Assembly (NCBI GenBank): GCA_050613775.1
Contig: JBODTK010000109.1
Coordinates: 310,001-374,000 of the forward strand
Direction of reading: 5' to 3'
Origin: Neocallimastix sp. 'constans'
Taxonomy: Eukaryota
DNA length: 64,000 nucleotides
Under the pieces are notes generated by a model. The model worked only from the letters and a program-made list of their open reading frames with translations, did no database searches and was not told the DNA's origin. The position numbers and the translations under genes are program-made. Positions 59,842 to 64,000 of the stretch are shown here, in pieces (positions within the stretch are counted from its first letter, which is position 1; each line of letters opens with the position of its first letter).

Positions 59842-61720
59842 GTTAAAAAAAAAAAAAGGGGATGAATTAGTTCCGATTTATAATGTATTAATGAAGATTT
59901 ATCACTCAGGTATCAGAGGTTAAAGTGCTATTAACTATTATTTAATTGAAATTTTTTTTTTTGTACTCTTATTTCCAATGGTTTGTGTAAGGGTTAATGG
60001 ACAATTATCAAAATCATTTAGTATTAAGAAAAGTGTTCATCAAGGTTGTGCCCCTCTCTCTTTCCCCCCTCCTTCTCATTAATTTTGTTTAACTTGCTCA
60101 TTAATGACATTTTTATTAAATGTGATAAATATGGAATCTTGATCGATGATAATCGCTGCTGTGGAGTGTCTCTTTTCAGATGACATTGGATTGGGTTATG
60201 TGCTCTGCTCCAATAAGATTTCTACGAGGGAAATTGTTAAAAATTATCCAGCTAAGTGGGCTAGAAATAATAAAATGAAATTTGGTATCAATAAATACTC
60301 AATTTTAATAGTACAAGGAGAAGTGTCCAAATTTCTTAAATAGAAAAAATTAAAAAAAAAAAAAAAATCTTACCTTTTATCTTTCAAGACAAGAGTTACC
60401 TAAAATGAATCACTATACCTACTTAGGTGTACTGTTTTCAAATGATTTTAGAACTAAAACTTATCATACAATGAATGAATAATAAAGTTAGAAAAATCAC
60501 TTTATTCCAAATAAAGGATTTCTTAAGAATTCTCATATTCCTATCCCTCATCTTCAAAAACAAATGCAATTTTCTGCTGTAGTAATTGTCAAATTTTCAT
60601 ACAATGCACCTCTCTACTTGAATAAAACAAAGAAAGAACAAGAAGTATACACACAGACACTATTTAATTACAGGTATTTATACTGGATTGAAGGATTTTC
60701 CAATGTAAATTCTTATTACATCCTTTTATTATTAGTTTCTAAAGAACTTTAACCATTCCTCTTCTATCGGTGGAAATATACGATTTGCTCAAGTAAGGTG
60801 CTTTTTTTAAAGAAAATGGAAAAATTCCTACTATATTATCTCTGTTTTACTAAGAGAGATATCACGTTTTGTAGAGGTTATGAATGAGATAAAGAACATG
60901 AAATTTTTACCAGACCAATTAGATAAATTTCCATTAAAAAAAAAAAAAAAAAAAAAAAGGAAATTGTAAACTTTTACTGGGATAGAGAATATAGGAGGAA
61001 AATCGATTAAGACTAAGGTTTATAAGAAAAATAAATTTGAGAAAAATTAAAGAACTTCTTAAAAGATCAACTTTAAGTATCCTAAATATAGCATTGATTT
61101 CTGATGGATAACTTCATGACAGATGTGGATATAAATTCGATGTATGTGTTGTTAAAGCTGCCAATATGATTGAAGACAGCTGCCCAGAACGCTGTCCTTG
61201 TTGCTACGAAGAAAAATAGTAATACTCAATTGGAACATTAATTTTCTAAAATATTATCTTTTCCATTAATTTCGAATTTGAAATATTATATGGATATTGA
61301 AATTCTTTATGAAAAAATTTTTTTTTTTTTTTTTGTAAATAACAAATATTGTTCAATATCAAATGGTAAATTGTAAAAACACTGTTGTCACTTATATGAA
61401 TAATGTGTTCACCACCTTATTTACTAAAAGCTTTTTTCTTTTTTTCTTTTTTCCTTTTTTTTAATTTAATTTAATTTAATTTAATTTAATTTAATTTAAT
61501 TTAATTTATTTTATTTTAATTAATTAATTAATTATTTATTTATTAGGACCAACATATTTAAAATAAACATGGATGGTAGTGATTGTGCCTCTCTCCTTGT
61601 TTGTGGCCTGTTTCTTGCAAGATAATCAATTTCCATATATATAGTTAGGTAGTTGTAAAAGAAATTAAGAATACGTTCGATGGTTAAACAACTATTGTAA
61701 TTGATTTTACAATTCACTAA
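59640..61720 (+). mobile_element. Degenerate LINE ORF2 (RT plus C-terminal CCHC)
   Basis: FRNREE, VRVNGQLSKSFSIKKSVHQGC, LFNLLINDI, LFSDDIGL, KWARNNKMKFGINK, LPKMNHYTYLGVLFS, IEDSCPERCPCC..LEH; broken by stops, frameshifts and homopolymer expansions. Confidence 0.9.
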
Positions 61721-61896
61721 AAAATTCTTTTTTTATTATTAATAATAATCAATTTTATAATTAATTATTAAAAAGGAGAAAAAAAAAATTAAAGTTAATA
61801 TTTATTATTAATATTAACTAAAATTAAATTAATTATAAATCTTAATAAAAGAAATGTTATAATAAAGCAAATTATAATAAATAATTTCACTTTAAA

Positions 61897-62085
61897 AATC
61901 ATAATTTCTATTTTGTGTTCGTTTAATCTTACTTTTATTGTGTTACATGCATATTATAATTAACCATAATAAACTCACTGAAAGATCCTAAATCATAATT
62001 TTTGTTTTATGTTTGTTTAATCTTATTTTTATTGTGATACATGCTTATTATAATTAGTTATAATAAACTCACTAAAAAAACCTTA
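61897..62085. repeat. Diverged ~95-bp tandem duplication
   Basis: aaatcataattt..gtttaatctta.ttttattgtg.tacatgc..tattataatta..ataataaactcact occurs twice. Confidence 0.8.
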
Positions 62086-62244
62086 AGATATAAGTATTAT
62101 ATTCTTATTTATAATTTAAATTATATTCTCAATTTATCAATTAATGTAATAGGTTGTAGCTAATAAATTTTGTTAAAAGAAAGTCTTTAATAGAATTTAT
62201 AACATTTTATAAATTATTATTATATATATAATCTTTCTAGTTTT

Positions 62245-62640
62245 TATCCTGGTGGTTAGTACTCGTGACTAATATACATAAGGTTTCCGGATTGACCCGT
62301 GACTACATCCTGAATTTATATATGGCAATTTTCATCCTTCCAGGGCTTTTTTTCTCTTAAAATGAAGTTAGATGTTTGCTGGCTATGGTAAGTATTCCTT
62401 CTGCTAGAACCATAATAATTGTAAGTGCAAAATGCACTTGATTCGATGAGAGGATTAGTGCAGTTGTTTCTTCCTCAATGACGGAAGAAACAACAAAATA
62501 ATAAAAAATAATAATTGTTAATAATAATAAATAATAATAAATCATAATAAATAATAATAAATCATGATAAATAATAATAAATCATGATAAATAATAATAA
62601 ATCATAATAAATTATATTATATAATAATAAATAATAATAA
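62245..62640 (+). mobile_element. Possible second SINE type: degenerate tRNA-like head, 3' hairpin, (AAT)-rich tail
   Basis: ggtggttagtactc resembles a tRNA D-arm; ccggattgacccg is a weak B-box; perfect 12-bp stem gttgtttcttcc/ggaagaaacaac (62463-62494) directly before an AAT-rich tail. Confidence 0.5.
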
Positions 62641-64000
62641 TTATATTAAATAATAAATAATAGATTTTATTTTATAATAATAATAGTTTTTTTTTTTAAA
62701 TATTAATGTTACCTCTTTATGTTTATTATATTTAAAGTATTCATAAAATTTTATTTTTTTATAAATTTTAAACTTTAATTTTAATATTATAAAAATAATT
62801 AAAAAAGGAAAAAAAAAAAAAAAAAAAAAAAACAAAGTTTAAAAAATATGAAATAAATATATATTTTATTTCATTTTTTAAACTTTAATTTTATTTATTA
62901 TTAAATACATATATTATTGAAATATTGAATTTATTAAATATAGATATATTTATTAATAATATAAAATATACTTTAATATTTGAACCATTTGAACTTTTAT
63001 ATATATGTTTATTAATATTAATATTATTATTATTATTGATTAATAAATACTTTTTTTTTTTTTTTTTTTTAATATTATTTTCTTTTGTATAAAAGTTTAT
63101 AACATTTTATTGATTTTTTTTTCTATTATTGTTAATTTTATTTTTATTTTTTATTATTATAAACATTTAAAACATATTATGAACTTTTTTTATTATAAAA
63201 TTTATTTTGGGTTTTGGTCAGGTATTTTTTTTATAAACCGTTAAAAATTTTTTGAAACATTTTAACCTTTTTTTTTAATTTTTTTTTAATTATACCATAA
63301 ACTTAAAATATATATATGTAATATATTACAAAAAATTACTATAAAGTAGTTTCAATATAAACTTTATTTTTTTTTTCTTCATTAAAATAGTTTTTTTTTT
63401 TTTTTTTTTTTTTGAAATTATAAAAGTATTTTTAATTTCATAAAAATTTTTAATATTAATATATAATTAAATATATAATATCTCATATTGTTAATAAAAA
63501 ATATATATATATATATTTTGAATATCATCGTTAACATTTTTTTTTTATTCAATTAATTTTGGTTTAATAACATTTAAAGGGTTCATATTTGATGAAATTT
63601 TTATTTGTTATTGAATAGTATTACGTAAGTATTTTTTTATTTATATATTTTCAATAAATAATATAGTTTTAATTCATTCAAAAATATTTAAACTATGGAG
63701 TTTCAATATTATAATATAACTTAACTATTTAAATATTATATTCAATTATTCAATTTATATATTGAAATAATAAAAAAAAATTATTATACATTTTAATTTA
63801 TTTTTTAACAATAAAATTTTGTTATAATTTTAAATTTTAAATTTCTAATAAATACATAGACTAAATAAGTAATTTTTATGACCTTTTCACATTTTTGAGT
63901 AAGTAAATATAATGATCCTACGATATAGAAAGAAACTTTAAATAATAATAAATTAAAATAAATATAGTTATATAGATTATTAAGTATAAAATTATTAAAT

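Overview
Extremely AT-rich, intron-rich eukaryotic DNA. It is most consistent with an anaerobic gut fungus (Neocallimastigomycota); this is inferred from base composition, short GT..AG introns, a flagellar gene and a bacterial-type intronless gene. The first 23.5 kb is gene-dense: a WDR7/Rabconnectin-3beta-like WD40 gene (minus, running off the left edge), a small 5-exon FAM183/CFAP144-like axonemal gene missed by the ORF track, a RasGEF gene, an intronless single-pass membrane protein with an organelle-type presequence, and an intronless bacterial-type CstA transporter (likely horizontally acquired). The remainder is mostly AT desert with one orphan ORF, one PP1-docking (RVxF) protein and many transposon relics: MULE transposase, three MULE-type MITEs with 9-bp TSDs, copia RT, LINE EN/RT/zinc-finger pieces and a gag-like relic. 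The most striking non-coding items are a tRNA-headed SINE-like element (encoded CCA, no anticodon arm, T-tail, 14-bp TSD, second diverged copy at 59 kb) and a fold-back element at ~30 kb. All family calls come from manual translation and motif recognition, not database searches.
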